A stretch of 63,954 nt of DNA, filler included, from Licmophora abbreviata (taxonomy: Eukaryota): the NCBI GenBank assembly GCA_900291995.1. It is 12 parts of 12 records of this genome, joined end to end, with 100 filler letters (N's around TTAATTAATTAA, not from the genome) between each part and the next. Parts side by side here need not be neighbours in the genome. Positions count along the whole stretch, not along the records: positions 34,974 to 40,081 come from OLMU01001674.1; positions 40,182 to 43,454 come from OLMU01001675.1; positions 43,555 to 55,184 come from OLMU01001676.1; 9 more parts are not named here. One strand, given 5' to 3'. Positions 38,043 to 49,670 of the stretch are shown piece by piece. The notes under the pieces were generated by a model. That model searched no databases. It was not told the origin of the DNA and was given only the letters and a program-made list of their open reading frames with translations. Position numbers and translations under genes: made by a program. The first letter of the stretch is position 1. The number at the start of each line of letters is the position of its first letter.

Positions 38043-40520
38043 CTATACAAGGAAAGAGAAGCCCAAGACGGCCCCTATTGATGGTAGCATCCAGATTCCG
38101 ATCCGCGTATCGCTTCCGGAGGTCGATGGAAGAGTCGGTGCAGAAGTTGGAACCGAAGGACCAGCACTCGTGAGAGTGAAGTTGTATATCTCTCGTTCTG
38201 TTGAGTCGACCGTGCTTGAGTACATAACAATCTCGTTCTCTTCTGGACCGTAATAAAGATTGTAGAAGCCGTCCCCAAAAACGCAACACATCCCATCACC
38301 GAACGAGTCATGGACGACCAGAACAAAATCTCGTTCTGTCGCGTCTAGACGAGGGAGGTTGATCGTTTCCGTAAGTTCGCGATTGGCAACCTCACCGTCG
38401 TACTGGCCCGGCGGGCCGAAAGCGACCACATGAAACTCATCTGTCGGCACCTGCAGTCTATCTGCTGAGATCGTTTCCGAGAGCTCTTCTGAGGTTTCAT
38501 TTGATAAGCCAGCAGGACCTGCCATTAAGAACCACCCGACTTCTTCTGGAAAGCTGTCAAATCTCAGAAAGAGATTTAGCGTTTGGTCCCCTAACGTGGG
38601 TAGAGTGGGTTCACCGCTAGGCGAAGCCACAAACGTCACTTTCTGGGGTTCTGAGAACGTCCCTGGGATACTCAAGACTTTTCCGGTTGACGACCCAAGA
38701 CGTATGTCGATTGAATCTCTTGTACCGTCGAAGCCATCATCGAAAAACGTAATCTGATAGAGTCCTCCCTCTTCCAGAAACAAAGTATCAAAGACATTCT
38801 CTCCGACTTCAGTATAGCTTCCGGGAGGAACATTGACAATGAGACGTCTATCGGAAAGATCAATGCGCTGGACCTTCCAGCCAAAGAGCTCAGGGTTCCC
38901 ATCAAGCCGGAACTGAACAGAAATTGGAAAGTTTCCAGTCGTCTCAAAGGGAAATATCGACGGGAGGAGTGTGGATTCGTTGACGTCGAGCACAACGAAC
39001 TTGTGTCTCTTAACTCCTTGAAAAATTCCGTTCCCCGACACCAGGGTACGATCGTTGTCTTCGAGCACGACCCGATAGTTTCCGTTCCCCTCCTCGCAGC
39101 ACATTCCGTCTCCTGCAATGTCGATTGCTGTAAAAGTGTATGTCTTTCCAAACTCAAGAAAGACGGTCTGTTCGATTCGAGCCGCCTCTATCGAGTAAAA
39201 ACCGGGATTCTCTCCGGCAATCTTCACCCCAGAATCATCTTCGATTTTCCACCCAAACTCTTGTGGAAAGTTGTCAAGCGTAATGAATACTCGGACGGGA
39301 ACCTTCGTAGTAGTAGGTGCTGGAGAAGAGGTGGGTCCAGTGGGGGCACTGGTCGGAGAGGGAGAAATCGTGAAAGTGTCGTCGCAAGCGAAATCTTCAG
39401 GGGGGTTGCTGGACATCTCACAAACGACACTCTCGATCCAGCTCAATTCCGATGTGATCCGCTGGCTAACGCTCGGAAAGCGCGTGATATCGCACGTGTC
39501 TGGTCCCCACGACAAGACTCCAAGTTGCAAATCCGAAGCAGAAGTCGACCCTGCGAGTATAACCGGCGATCCTGAGTCACCCTGACAGCCTACGCCTTGA
39601 TCGTCGCTAGCCATACAAAACATGTGGTCCTTCACGTTGTCGTTCCACAGGCCTCTACATTCCTCGTTGCTGATGGTGACAAGTGTGGCCTCCTGAAGAT
39701 TGGTCGAAGTCGATGTCGCATCTGTCGCATTCGTTCGACCCCACCCCATGATCGTCACCGGAAAGCCGTCTCCGGGGAAAGAAGGGTTCCGATTCAGCAT
39801 GACGGGTGGAATTGACGACTCTCCGAGAAGTTTGATGATCGAAAGGTCAAAGTCCTTTGAATCGTAATCGTAGCGTGGATGATAGACGCGACTTTCTATC
39901 GAGAATGTTTCTGAAATTACATTGTCCGCCCCAACGTTGTTCCTGGCGATATGAGCTTCTTGCATAAATCCGCACTGGTGTAGTCCGACGGGGATGCGCG
40001 ACACCAAGGTGCAACGGATGAGTGGAGATACGCAAAGCAAAATAAAGAGTGGTAAAAAGCACTTACATGCGCGGCTGTGAGNNNNNNNNNNNNNNNNNNN
40101 NNNNNNNNNNNNNNNNNNNNNNNNNTTAATTAATTAANNNNNNNNNNNNNNNNNNNNNNNNNNNNNNNNNNNNNNNNNNNNGGTGCTATCAGGCTCCCTC
40201 CACATACGTGCGATCCGAAACCTCGTTGCAGTGTAACAGCGTATGGATATCGACCTAGTGGAGCCACTTTACCATCTACTATCCGATTCTTCGTGTCCTG
40301 CAAGCCAAATACCAGTGCAAAGAAGCGATGAGAACGACTACAAGGATACATAACGCTCTGGGACGCGCCCCAGATTCAGTCCAGTAACGACGGTGGACCA
40401 TGTGCAGAGCACCAGTGGCGCACGATCTACACGCACCTCGAAATGAACGACACCGGCGGTGCTGAGCCATGTCCTCGACAAAAACGCCCCACACAGAATC
40501 CACCCGGGAAGCGCTCTCAT
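38043..40520 (-). CDS. Trypsin-family (S1) serine protease with three C-terminal repeat modules and a GPI/TM tail; introns 40298..40436 and 39975..40066; spans linker 40082-40181
   Basis: Activation site R|IVDG, CGGSLIAP, LTAAH|C, DFDLSIIKL and GDSGSP, ending in a hydrophobic C-terminus. Confidence 0.9.
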
Positions 40521-41132
40521 GGTCACGCTTCCTATTGCTCTTTATCTAAAGCAAGGAGACTCTTTGCCACACACAGCTCAAGGCGCACGATCGATTGGGT
40601 CACCTCAACTGTGGCAACTTCAAACTGGGTTAGCCCCGAAGCCAATGCAGTGGTCGTGGTGTCGTGTGTGTCGGACCCGGAACTTTGAGCGCCATCTCGC
40701 ATCGATGACATTTTCGAAGTCGCCATCCTACGATGCCCTTCATACTAAAATACATACGTATTTCAATACGGATGTCATCGTACACTATTTTGTCCGGAGA
40801 ACGCTCCGCCCAGTCACGTTTTTGGTGGAGAGCGTGCCCCATCACTACCTAGCGGCGAATTGGATGAGTAACGGAAATAAGTGAACGAATTTTGAGGACT
40901 CTTGAGCATGAACGGTAGAAACGGGGCTTCCCACGACTTAGCAGTGTATGTGCTTACTTTCAAACAGTACTTCGCGCGGTAAGAGTATCATTTGTGCTTG
41001 CTTCGTACTGATGCCAGCCATTACCTATGGTAGACCTGTGAGCACTCCGGCTTCCAAACGGAGTGTTCCATACTACAGGAATATTGACTGCATATCAGCT
41101 CCAAAGTTCACATGATGAAGTATTCTAAATAG

Positions 41133-43292
41133 TTACAAAACAAAGTTATACAGCAGATAGATAGATAGCATGGCACTACGCGTCCAAACGCCGGATACCT
41201 TTCCGAGTCGCCATCCTGCCGCTGATGCCGGGTCGCTTCCGGAGAGCAGAAACTCGCTCCTGAAGCGGCCTTGGCCAGAAGCATTGCCTTCCACTAGAAG
41301 GAAGTTGTCAACTGGAGGTCCGTAATATAACTTGTACGAACCCGAGCCATTGGAGCAGCACAGTCCGTTGCCTCCTGAATCCATAAACGTCAAGATGAAC
41401 TTTCGTGCAGGACTGTCCGGAATGAGAGGGAGAGGATGCTGCTCCCTGACGAGCTCATTTGCGAGGGATGACTCGTACGACCAGCCGTGCGCGATGGTAT
41501 AGAGACGGACGTCGTCGCCTGCTTGTCGCTCGGCCGAAATTACAATCGCAGGTACCTCCATTTCGAGCATCCATGAGACTTCCGTTGGAAAGTCGTCAAA
41601 TTGAATCTCAAGAGTCAAAAACGATGACGATGGCGACAGACCAGCATCCACGAGAACATATTCGCTCTTGCTTCGCTCGAATACCCCGGTCCCTTCTGCT
41701 ACAATCGAGGTTGAGTCGGAAGTGTCCCAAGTGCCCAACAATACACGATACGAGCCATTGCCGTACGCGCAACATATTCCATCAGCATAGCGATCCAAGA
41801 CAGTGAAGTTGTACAGGCCTCCTTCTTCTACCCAGACAGTTTCGACTACTTGCTGGTTCTTGGCCTTGTCGGAAAATACGCCCGAGCCACGAAAGACGAT
41901 TTCTTGTTCGGAATCGCCTAGTCGCGATAAGGACCACCCCGTTTCCTCAGGATATCGGTCCAGCTGCAGCGCAATGGTTAAAGGCAAAGCCGACAAAGAT
42001 CGTTCCTCTGATAACCGAGTTGGCATTTGGAACACATGTAGGGACGCTACACCGAATTCTCCCGATCCCGACACCAACAGTTCCCGGTTGTCCAATTGAA
42101 TGGCACTGCTGGAGGCATCACCCAAATAGATGGCGAAGGACCCGTCCCCATGGGTACAACACATTCCATCTCTATAGACATCATGCAGAATGAACGTGTA
42201 GATCTGTCCCGCGTCCAGCCACGCAACGTCTCGCACTTGTATCCCAGGGACGTCGTAAGAGCCAACATGACTCCCTGCAATTGTGTTGTGTAGTGAATCT
42301 TCAATGACCCACCACGTTTCAAGTGGGTAGCTATCAAGCTGCAGAACTATAGTCACTGGTAGTTGCGGCATAGATGAATTGGTCAGGACATCTGCTTCCA
42401 CGTTCGCAATGCAGCCATAGTCGTCCGGGGGGTCCGCCGACCGAGAACAAACAATCTCGTCAATCCAATCGCTAACGTACGACACCCTCCCATACACTCC
42501 GGGAAATACATTACTGGCACACCCACGGCCCCAACGAACAACCCCCACTTGCACGTCTCCACCCTCAGCCCCATCAGCATTTGGTATCAACAACGGCGCG
42601 CCACTGTCACCACCACAGGCGTCTCGTCCTTGCGCCTCGGCACAAAGACTGTCCTCGTCGATGCGCCCTTCGTAACTATACGACGAGTCCTTCCTCGATT
42701 CGCACTCTTCATTGGAAATCGCAAATACATCGGCTTGTTGTAAAATCGTCGGAAATCTTTCTTCGTTTACTTGGGTGTCCCCAAAACCAATCACTGTCAG
42801 CAATTCTCCGACAAAAGGTTCATTGCTGTTTCGGTTCAATCGGATGGGTGGAAAGGTGGAGCTGCCGTCCAGCTGTACTACCAAGAAGTCCATGTCATAA
42901 GAGGTTGTTGTATAGGACGGGTGTACTTCATAGTGTCGCACTCCAAATGTTTCAAAGGCATCGGGTGCATCGTTTGCTCTGTCGTGTCGACCAATCTCGA
43001 TTCGGTCAAAATCATAGGCACAATGAGATGCAGTCAATACCATATCGGGCGCTATCAGACTTCCACCACAGAGCAGTTCACCTTGACGCGTGTAAAGATT
43101 TGCAATATATGGATATCGATCGGGGGGAGCATCGTTTCCTCCGACAATATGAGACGATCCCGACAACAGCACAGATCCGGATTTCCCAGGATTGACCGCG
43201 GTGAGATTCGCTGTGGAACACTTTTGAAGAATCGACAGAGTGCAGACCCATCTGACGATTCCAAACCGACGTCGATTTCTTATTCTCGTCAT
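41133..43292 (-). CDS. Trypsin-family (S1) serine protease, intronless paralog, with three repeat modules and a GPI-like tail
   Basis: IVGG, CGGSLIAP, LTASHC, DMDFLVVQL and DACGGDSGAP, followed by repeats of D.YP.E..W...D...DG.CC..G.GS. Confidence 0.93.
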   Translation of the reverse strand: MTRIRNRRRFGIVRWVCTLSILQKCSTANLTAVNPGKSGSVLLSGSSHIVGGNDAPPDRYPYIANLYTRQGELLCGGSLIAPDMVLTASHCAYDFDRIEIGRHDRANDAPDAFETFGVRHYEVHPSYTTTSYDMDFLVVQLDGSSTFPPIRLNRNSNEPFVGELLTVIGFGDTQVNEERFPTILQQADVFAISNEECESRKDSSYSYEGRIDEDSLCAEAQGRDACGGDSGAPLLIPNADGAEGGDVQVGVVRWGRGCASNVFPGVYGRVSYVSDWIDEIVCSRSADPPDDYGCIANVEADVLTNSSMPQLPVTIVLQLDSYPLETWWVIEDSLHNTIAGSHVGSYDVPGIQVRDVAWLDAGQIYTFILHDVYRDGMCCTHGDGSFAIYLGDASSSAIQLDNRELLVSGSGEFGVASLHVFQMPTRLSEERSLSALPLTIALQLDRYPEETGWSLSRLGDSEQEIVFRGSGVFSDKAKNQQVVETVWVEEGGLYNFTVLDRYADGICCAYGNGSYRVLLGTWDTSDSTSIVAEGTGVFERSKSEYVLVDAGLSPSSSFLTLEIQFDDFPTEVSWMLEMEVPAIVISAERQAGDDVRLYTIAHGWSYESSLANELVREQHPLPLIPDSPARKFILTFMDSGGNGLCCSNGSGSYKLYYGPPVDNFLLVEGNASGQGRFRSEFLLSGSDPASAAGWRLGKVSGVWTRSAMLSIYLLYNFVL

Positions 43293-43713
43293 TTGAAGGA
43301 TAAAGGGTGTGTACACCAACGAAATGAGGAACTGTGGGGGTCGTGAAGTCGACCAAAGATGGGGGGTGATGGTGCCCGGCGCCGCTTTTCCTCGCGAGAC
43401 TTCGCGATGAATGAGACGCCGCACGCTGGGCACCGCGCGTTGAGTGTCAGTCCCNNNNNNNNNNNNNNNNNNNNNNNNNNNNNNNNNNNNNNNNNNNNTT
43501 AATTAATTAANNNNNNNNNNNNNNNNNNNNNNNNNNNNNNNNNNNNNNNNNNNNGATTGAACTGACTCGACTCACTGGAATGTAAGTATCCTGGATCCCG
43601 GGAGGATTTTGATATGTTGACAAAGGCAGCCACAACGATGACAACTGCGGCGGCGACGGCCGAAGGCAGCGTCGCTTAGTTTGATTCTCCCGTATGAAGT
43701 GATTCCACATGCA

Positions 43714-45860
43714 ATGTCCTGTACGATTCTGTGGTCGACGCAGTCCGGAAGGGCCAAAGCATGCGCCAGACGCGCACGACGGATCTTGCAAGAATCCAGC
43801 ATCGACTCATCGTCATCCCTCAATGTCCTAGTCGGCGGGTCTTTGGATGAGTATACATTCGCGAGGATTCTAGAAGAGAGAAGGACAGAACCAGCGAGTG
43901 GACAGCACGTTTGGATCTTTCTCGTCAGCACGACGGGCGATGGAGAACAATGTGATACCATGCGCCAAACCTGGCAAGCACTGTACGTTTTGTGCTAAAT
44001 GGAAGCCATCACTTGGTGCATGAAGCAATCCGCGCTTGCTTGACTTTCTTTTCCTGACACGTTTTACAAACATCCTTATCATCGCACTTTACTTTCAGTC
44101 TGAGCAGATCGCTCCCCTCCGACCTCCTTCAGTACGAATCGTTCGCACTCTTCGCCTTGGGCGATCGCGCCTATGGACCACAGTTTTGCGCGGGAGGACG
44201 CAAGTTGGCAGCGCGACTGGTGCAGCTGGGGGCCACACCATGTGTGCCAGTGGGATATGGAGACGATGGAACTCCGAACGGAGGTGTGTTTGCAGACTTT
44301 GACGACTGGTTACAGAAAGTATTGGTCCCGGCGTTTCCCCAGGGGACTACTCGTGCTGGTAGCAGCAACAACAGCAGCAACGTCAATGTTAAAGCTCCAG
44401 TCAGTATTGGAAGTAGCTCTTTTGATATCCAACGCAACCAAGAGGATAATTCTTCAGTATCATGGACATCGCAAGACGCAGAATGGAGAACAACACACTT
44501 TCGATCTGAATATCAGTATTTCTTTTCGACTGCGGGTCCAATTACGGCCTACAACTTCAAAGACGTTGACCCTCCGTCGTCTCCATGTAAAGGATCCGTC
44601 TTATTCAATCGTCGACTTACAGATCCAGAGTGGGAGCAGAATACTCGGCATATTTCCATACAGGTTTCGGCATTACGGAGAGATGGAGCGACTCTGCCGT
44701 ATCGGGCTGGAGACGTTGCCGCGGTCATGCCGGTGAACAAAGCGGAGGATGTTGAAAAACTTCTCAAGGTCTTACCGGCGTCGATACAGTCCATTGCTGA
44801 TCAAGGCATGAAAATAATACCAACAACTGTGGGAGTCAATTCGCCATCTCGTCGACCATGGCCTCACCGCTGTACACTTCGTGGCTTACTCACGTACTGC
44901 GCGGATATTCAAGCTCTCCCCGAACGAGAAGATTTGTGGGAGCTGAGCTTTTTATGTGATCTCAATCGCAAAATGGGACAGGATCAACGTGAGAAGCTCG
45001 TGACGCTTAGTGATCCGTCTGGCGCTGCCTTGTACGCCGATTATGTATTGCGCGAAAAGAGAACGTGGGCTGACGTCCTGTACGACTTTGATTCGGTGCA
45101 GATGACACTCGAAGCACTGCTAGACCTGCTTCAGCCGATTCGACCTCGTGAGTTTAGCATTGCGAGCTCTCCGACTTTGTCGTCGAGCGGAGAGTCGTTC
45201 AGCGTCGAGCTATGTGTCGCCGTCGTCGAGGGCACAACGCCATTGGGAAGAAGCTATAATGGACTCTGCTCGAGCTACCTTGCCCGACTCGAGTCCACTT
45301 CTTCCGTGCACCTGTGGCTCCGTCCAGGATCGTTCCATAGGCTACCTCTTACTCTGAGTAAAAACGGTGCGTTCGCGACGCCTGTCCTGTGCATCGGCTC
45401 TGGCACTGGTGTCGCACCTCTTCGGTCGTTGATCTTGGAGCGAGAAGCTGTGCGGGAGCAGCATCTAAAAGATACTGGTGCACCGGTTGTTGGTGATGGA
45501 CGCGACAATCTTCTCGTCTTTGGTTGTCGCAAGGAATCCATGGATTACTATTATCAAGAGGAGTGGAGGGACATGATCGAAAACAAGCGCCTCGCCCTAA
45601 TGACGGCGTTTAGTCGCGATCAATGGCATAAGATTTATGTGCAGCAGGTCGTACGGGACGCCAACGAAGGGGCGCTCATTGCCACGCACATTTTGAAAAA
45701 CCAAGGTGCAATTTACGTCGCCGGTGGTGCCAAGATGGCTCGCTGTGTGAAGGATGAGATACTCGAGTGTCTCGCCGCTGAACTCGGCGAAAAACAGGCG
45801 GCGCAGCTCCTCAAAAAGCTAAGTCGACTCGGCAAGTACAGCGTAGAGGCGTGGAGCTAA
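43714..45860 (+). CDS. NDOR1: NADPH-dependent diflavin oxidoreductase 1 (Tah18/NDOR1); intron 43983..44098
   Basis: Flavodoxin motifs STQSGRA, STTGDGE and LGDRAY, FAD-binding PREFSIASS, GSGTGVAP, AFSRDQ..KIYVQ and terminal EAWS. Confidence 0.9.
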
Positions 45861-45928
45861 GAACTTGGAAGGGGTGAAGTAAGGCAAAGTCTATGTGCTG
45901 TATCGTGATAAATCGTAACAGGATACAG

Positions 45929-46678
45929 TCAGAAAAAGTCCAGCAGATCGGCAAACCCTGGTACCAGAATGACTTCAGCACCACACTCCTTCATGGCCAT
46001 GCTAAGTGGCGCATCTTCGTGCGACTTTCCCTTAGTTTTGGCCTCTTCCACAGCTTCGGGTGTGGCCACACCCACAGCACGACAATTTGTCGCTAGCGCA
46101 GATCGAATGTCGTCGGGAGTATCTCCCACCATGATGACAGTGTCGCTAGGTTCAACGCCCAGGAGCTCGCACGCACGTCGCACAGGGAACGAGTCTGGCT
46201 TGGGAGGCCCGTCTTCCATACAAACACTGACTTCAAAGAGATGGACGAGGCCGTGTACTTTCAAGAACTTCTCGCAGTCTTTCCTAGGTCTTCCCGTTAC
46301 AATCGCCATATGCTGACATCTCTTTCGCAGTTCTTCCAGCGTCTCCATTGTCGGAATGACAGTTTCGAGCTTGCAGAGCTCCTGGTAGAATCTTTCGAAG
46401 GTTTCGGTTACTTTATCAAGCGTCGCAGACTGATCCCCATTCGGATCGCTCTTGATGAGATCCAAACTGAGCTTCCAATCGTTGTTGCAGCCACCTCGAG
46501 CTTTCCAATCACCGACGGTGTCGAGTGTAATGGAGGTAGCCCCGTATTCTCGGCAGGTGGCAATAATGGAAGCTCGGTACGACTTGCTGACCTCTGCCAG
46601 CACCCCATCCATATCCAAGAGCAATGTGGAGGCTTTCTTCGGTGTGACCGTCATGGTAGAAGGCACAAGCGAGTCCAT
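45929..46678 (-). CDS. HAD-superfamily subfamily IA hydrolase (TIGR01548-like); alternative start at 46654
   Basis: Motif I DMDGVL..VSKSYR, GGCNNDW, motif II VTGRP, KPD and motif IV GDTPDD. Confidence 0.88.
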   Translation of the reverse strand: MDSLVPSTMTVTPKKASTLLLDMDGVLAEVSKSYRASIIATCREYGATSITLDTVGDWKARGGCNNDWKLSLDLIKSDPNGDQSATLDKVTETFERFYQELCKLETVIPTMETLEELRKRCQHMAIVTGRPRKDCEKFLKVHGLVHLFEVSVCMEDGPPKPDSFPVRRACELLGVEPSDTVIMVGDTPDDIRSALATNCRAVGVATPEAVEEAKTKGKSHEDAPLSMAMKECGAEVILVPGFADLLDFF

Positions 46679-47047
46679 TCGGTTCAAGTATGTATTGCAG
46701 CTTTCGCATCACTTTTTGCGTTGATCGCTTAAGTTCCAAAACACAGACGCATCAATCATTGGTGTGTGACCGACGGCAAGACTGTGCTTGCGCGACGGCC
46801 ATTCAAATGTTCCCTCGGACAAAATATAAAATATCGCTGTTCGGCTTGTGACGTCGTCCTGGCTCGCTCTGGGCCAATCAAATCTCGTTCACTCGTGATT
46901 CCGCCAACGTACTCGACACGTGGAGTCCTACGTGGCCCGGCTTTTTCACCTTTCAACGCGTCTCATCGCAATGTGACCATATTTTTTCCGTCATTGTACT
47001 CGTGGTTCGGCATCATACGACCCTCACTTCTCTTTACTTACTCTACT

Positions 47048-47929
47048 ATGGCTCCTTCACTCCCTCCTCTCTACTTTGATGGCCAGAGTGCCACTGATGG
47101 TTCCAGGTTTGCGTCGCTTCCAGCCGAGCTTGTTCAGAACGTGACAAGCTTCTTCGATTGGGGCGACCTATCGCGCCTCGCCGCCACTCAGCTGTGCTGG
47201 TCGAACGTTGTATCGGATGCAGCCGATGGTCATGACTCGCAATGGGAACTCGCACGTGCACTGATGGAAGGAACCAATGGGATGAAGCGTCATCCGGAAC
47301 GTGCGATTGCTCTCTTGAAACAGCTTGCTGGAGTCACCATGACTCCCGCCACATGTGACGACGACGAGTCTAAAGAACACGAGACGACCGTCATTTCATC
47401 GCCCTTTGCTCCTGCCATGCGTCGACTTGCCGACTGTTTCTTACAGGGCGATGGTGTCAGTAAGGACACTGCGGTTGGAGTTCGTTGGTTGGAGGCTGCA
47501 TTCGACCACGGCGTTGACAAGGAGGCCGCGCATGAACTCGCGCTCCTGTTTGAATATGGAGAGCACGAGGTGGAGATTGACGTCTATGTCGCGGCAGAAT
47601 GGTTTCATAAGGCTGCACAAGCCGGTCATGTAGAAGCTATGGCAGAATATGCCATGTGCTGTGAGCTCGGATGTGGCTGCGAGCAGTCGGATGAGCTAGC
47701 GATGGAGTGGTACGTCAAGGCCGCGAACGCAGGACACACCACGGCCAAATATAGTGTCGGAGAGGCGTTTGAAGAAGCACGTGGTGTTCCCCAGAGTGAT
47801 GAAGAGGCTTGTCTTTGGTACTACAAAGCGGCTGTGGAGGGGGATGAGGATAGCAAGAAGGCGCTGCGTCGTCTGCACGACATTGCTAGAATCGTACTGC
47901 CAGGAGTGGCAGGCATCTTGGATGGATGA
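47048..47929 (+). CDS. F-box-like plus Sel1-repeat protein
   Basis: N-terminal FASLPAELVQNVTSFFDW..L..LAAT...W (F-box-like), then multiple Sel1 repeats (A..WY.KAA..G...A). Confidence 0.85.
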   Translation: MAPSLPPLYFDGQSATDGSRFASLPAELVQNVTSFFDWGDLSRLAATQLCWSNVVSDAADGHDSQWELARALMEGTNGMKRHPERAIALLKQLAGVTMTPATCDDDESKEHETTVISSPFAPAMRRLADCFLQGDGVSKDTAVGVRWLEAAFDHGVDKEAAHELALLFEYGEHEVEIDVYVAAEWFHKAAQAGHVEAMAEYAMCCELGCGCEQSDELAMEWYVKAANAGHTTAKYSVGEAFEEARGVPQSDEEACLWYYKAAVEGDEDSKKALRRLHDIARIVLPGVAGILDG

Positions 47930-48092
47930 TGCGCGGGGAACGCGCAGAAAAGAAAAAAGAGTATGTTCATTAGAGAGACTTTGTAACGTATGTGATAGAG
48001 AGTAAGTTGTTTTGGGAATATCGGAAATGAGCTGTCCACTTAGTAGCCCGACAAGGAAAGTCAGGACCGCGCATGCCAAGAGCCACAAACTG

Positions 48093-49670
48093 CTATGAGA
48101 CGCGGGGTGTGTGTTCAAGAGCTTCGATAACCGCAGAATATTGGTAGTCATGGCTCTTCTTGCTTGTTATGTCAAAGAGCTCGGATCGAACCAATACGTC
48201 ATCGACTATGGACTGGGGCGTTAGACCGTCACATGCCGCATACACGCGCGCGAGAGTTGTCCTGAGATTCTGGTTGCGATACGCTGAAAAGATGAGAGCG
48301 ACAGCTGGCTTCAGTACACCATCTTCTCCTTGAGTAGTTCCGCATAGATGGGCTGCGATGAGCTGCTCGAGAAACTTGAGGACTGGGTCTCCTCCAAAGG
48401 CGCCGCACCCCCACTTACCAGTCGAAACGAGCGTCGTCGACCGATCACTGCCTCGTGGCAACTCTGCAGCAACGCCACTTGATGGAGATGATTCAAGAAC
48501 ACTTCCAAGGAAGCCGAGGTATGCCTTTCGGATATCACGATACACTGGAGCATGGGAAAACTGTTTCGCCGGATCATTTGTGACGCTGGCATCCATGCAA
48601 ATTAACGAATGCGTGCAGCACTCGCTGAGAGGTCCTTGATAGTGAAACGAATAACCATACCCCCCATACAATGAGTATCGCCGAACATTGTGTGCAATGA
48701 CCACCGTGTCGGGGGGCATCTCCCCATAAACGAGCATGCCCACGTTGAGCTCAGGGCAGCACACTTGGATGATCTCTTCTTGTGTGCAAGAGTCCCAGAA
48801 CTCGCCGACGCCGAACACTTTGTTTGCAAAATTGACCATAGCAGAGGCGTCGCGGTTTTCCATTGCGTTGACACTTATATCATGAACGACCCCGTTAGAG
48901 CTAGGAGAAGAGCCTCCTACTAAGGCCAAATTCCAAGCAGGCATGGCACGAAACTGCCTCATTGATGGACCGATGCTTCGTTGAAAGATCACAGGCGCGT
49001 TCACTTCGCTCGACTTGCTTTCGATTTCTCGTTGCATTGTTACGAAGTATTGAATCAGGCATTTCACCTTACCAACGCAGCAATCAGATGTTTGGAAAAA
49101 GAAACGGTGAAACTTTATCCCAGAGTGGACACCATCTGGACTCGGCTTTCGTGATGACACTGGGTCTCCTGCAATATTGCAAAGGAAAGCATTCGCGAGG
49201 ACACCACAGCACCACAGTCTGCTCTTCCTCCACAATGGGGGTTCGATCGGAAACAAGCGATACCCTTTTTTCTCGTAGTCATTCAATACGATGTCTGCGT
49301 AGTCGACGAGACTCGAAACGAACATCGCGAGCTCTGATGGATCTCGCTCACCAAAGAAGTCATCAAATCCTCGATGTAATGCTGTCAGCGAAAGAGTCGC
49401 GTTTTTGTGTCCCCGTTGAAGATTGGGATTCAGTTGGCTTGTTCGTGTTACAAAGTCATCAATCGACTCAACTTGGCTGTAGTAGTCTCGCAGAGTCGTC
49501 GTGTTGGACAGTACGAACATCACTGGAACCTTGGACATGGAAAAGGCGCGCACGCGGTGTCGTGTCCTGGTCTGCAATCGGCAAGAGTGAAAGGTGCCTA
49601 GACTCACTCTCAGTAGCATTGATAGTAAACTGTAAACAAACAAATGTGTGGTCAACATTCGAGCTAGCAT
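48093..49670 (-). CDS. PARG: Poly(ADP-ribose) glycohydrolase family protein
   Basis: VNFAN..FGVG.....TQEEI...CPEL and TGKWGCGAFGGD..LKF. The start codon is uncertain. Confidence 0.88.
   Translation of the reverse strand: MLARMLTTHLFVYSLLSMLLRVSLGTFHSCRLQTRTRHRVRAFSMSKVPVMFVLSNTTTLRDYYSQVESIDDFVTRTSQLNPNLQRGHKNATLSLTALHRGFDDFFGERDPSELAMFVSSLVDYADIVLNDYEKKGYRLFPIEPPLWRKSRLWCCGVLANAFLCNIAGDPVSSRKPSPDGVHSGIKFHRFFFQTSDCCVGKVKCLIQYFVTMQREIESKSSEVNAPVIFQRSIGPSMRQFRAMPAWNLALVGGSSPSSNGVVHDISVNAMENRDASAMVNFANKVFGVGEFWDSCTQEEIIQVCCPELNVGMLVYGEMPPDTVVIAHNVRRYSLYGGYGYSFHYQGPLSECCTHSLICMDASVTNDPAKQFSHAPVYRDIRKAYLGFLGSVLESSPSSGVAAELPRGSDRSTTLVSTGKWGCGAFGGDPVLKFLEQLIAAHLCGTTQGEDGVLKPAVALIFSAYRNQNLRTTLARVYAACDGLTPQSIVDDVLVRSELFDITSKKSHDYQYSAVIEALEHTPRVS

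Noticed and set aside
41035..41079. Hairpin downstream of the trypsin gene as SECIS, snoRNA or terminator
   Set aside because: It lacks the SECIS AUGA/GA core and H/ACA boxes, the upstream gene has no in-frame UGA, and the context is eukaryotic.
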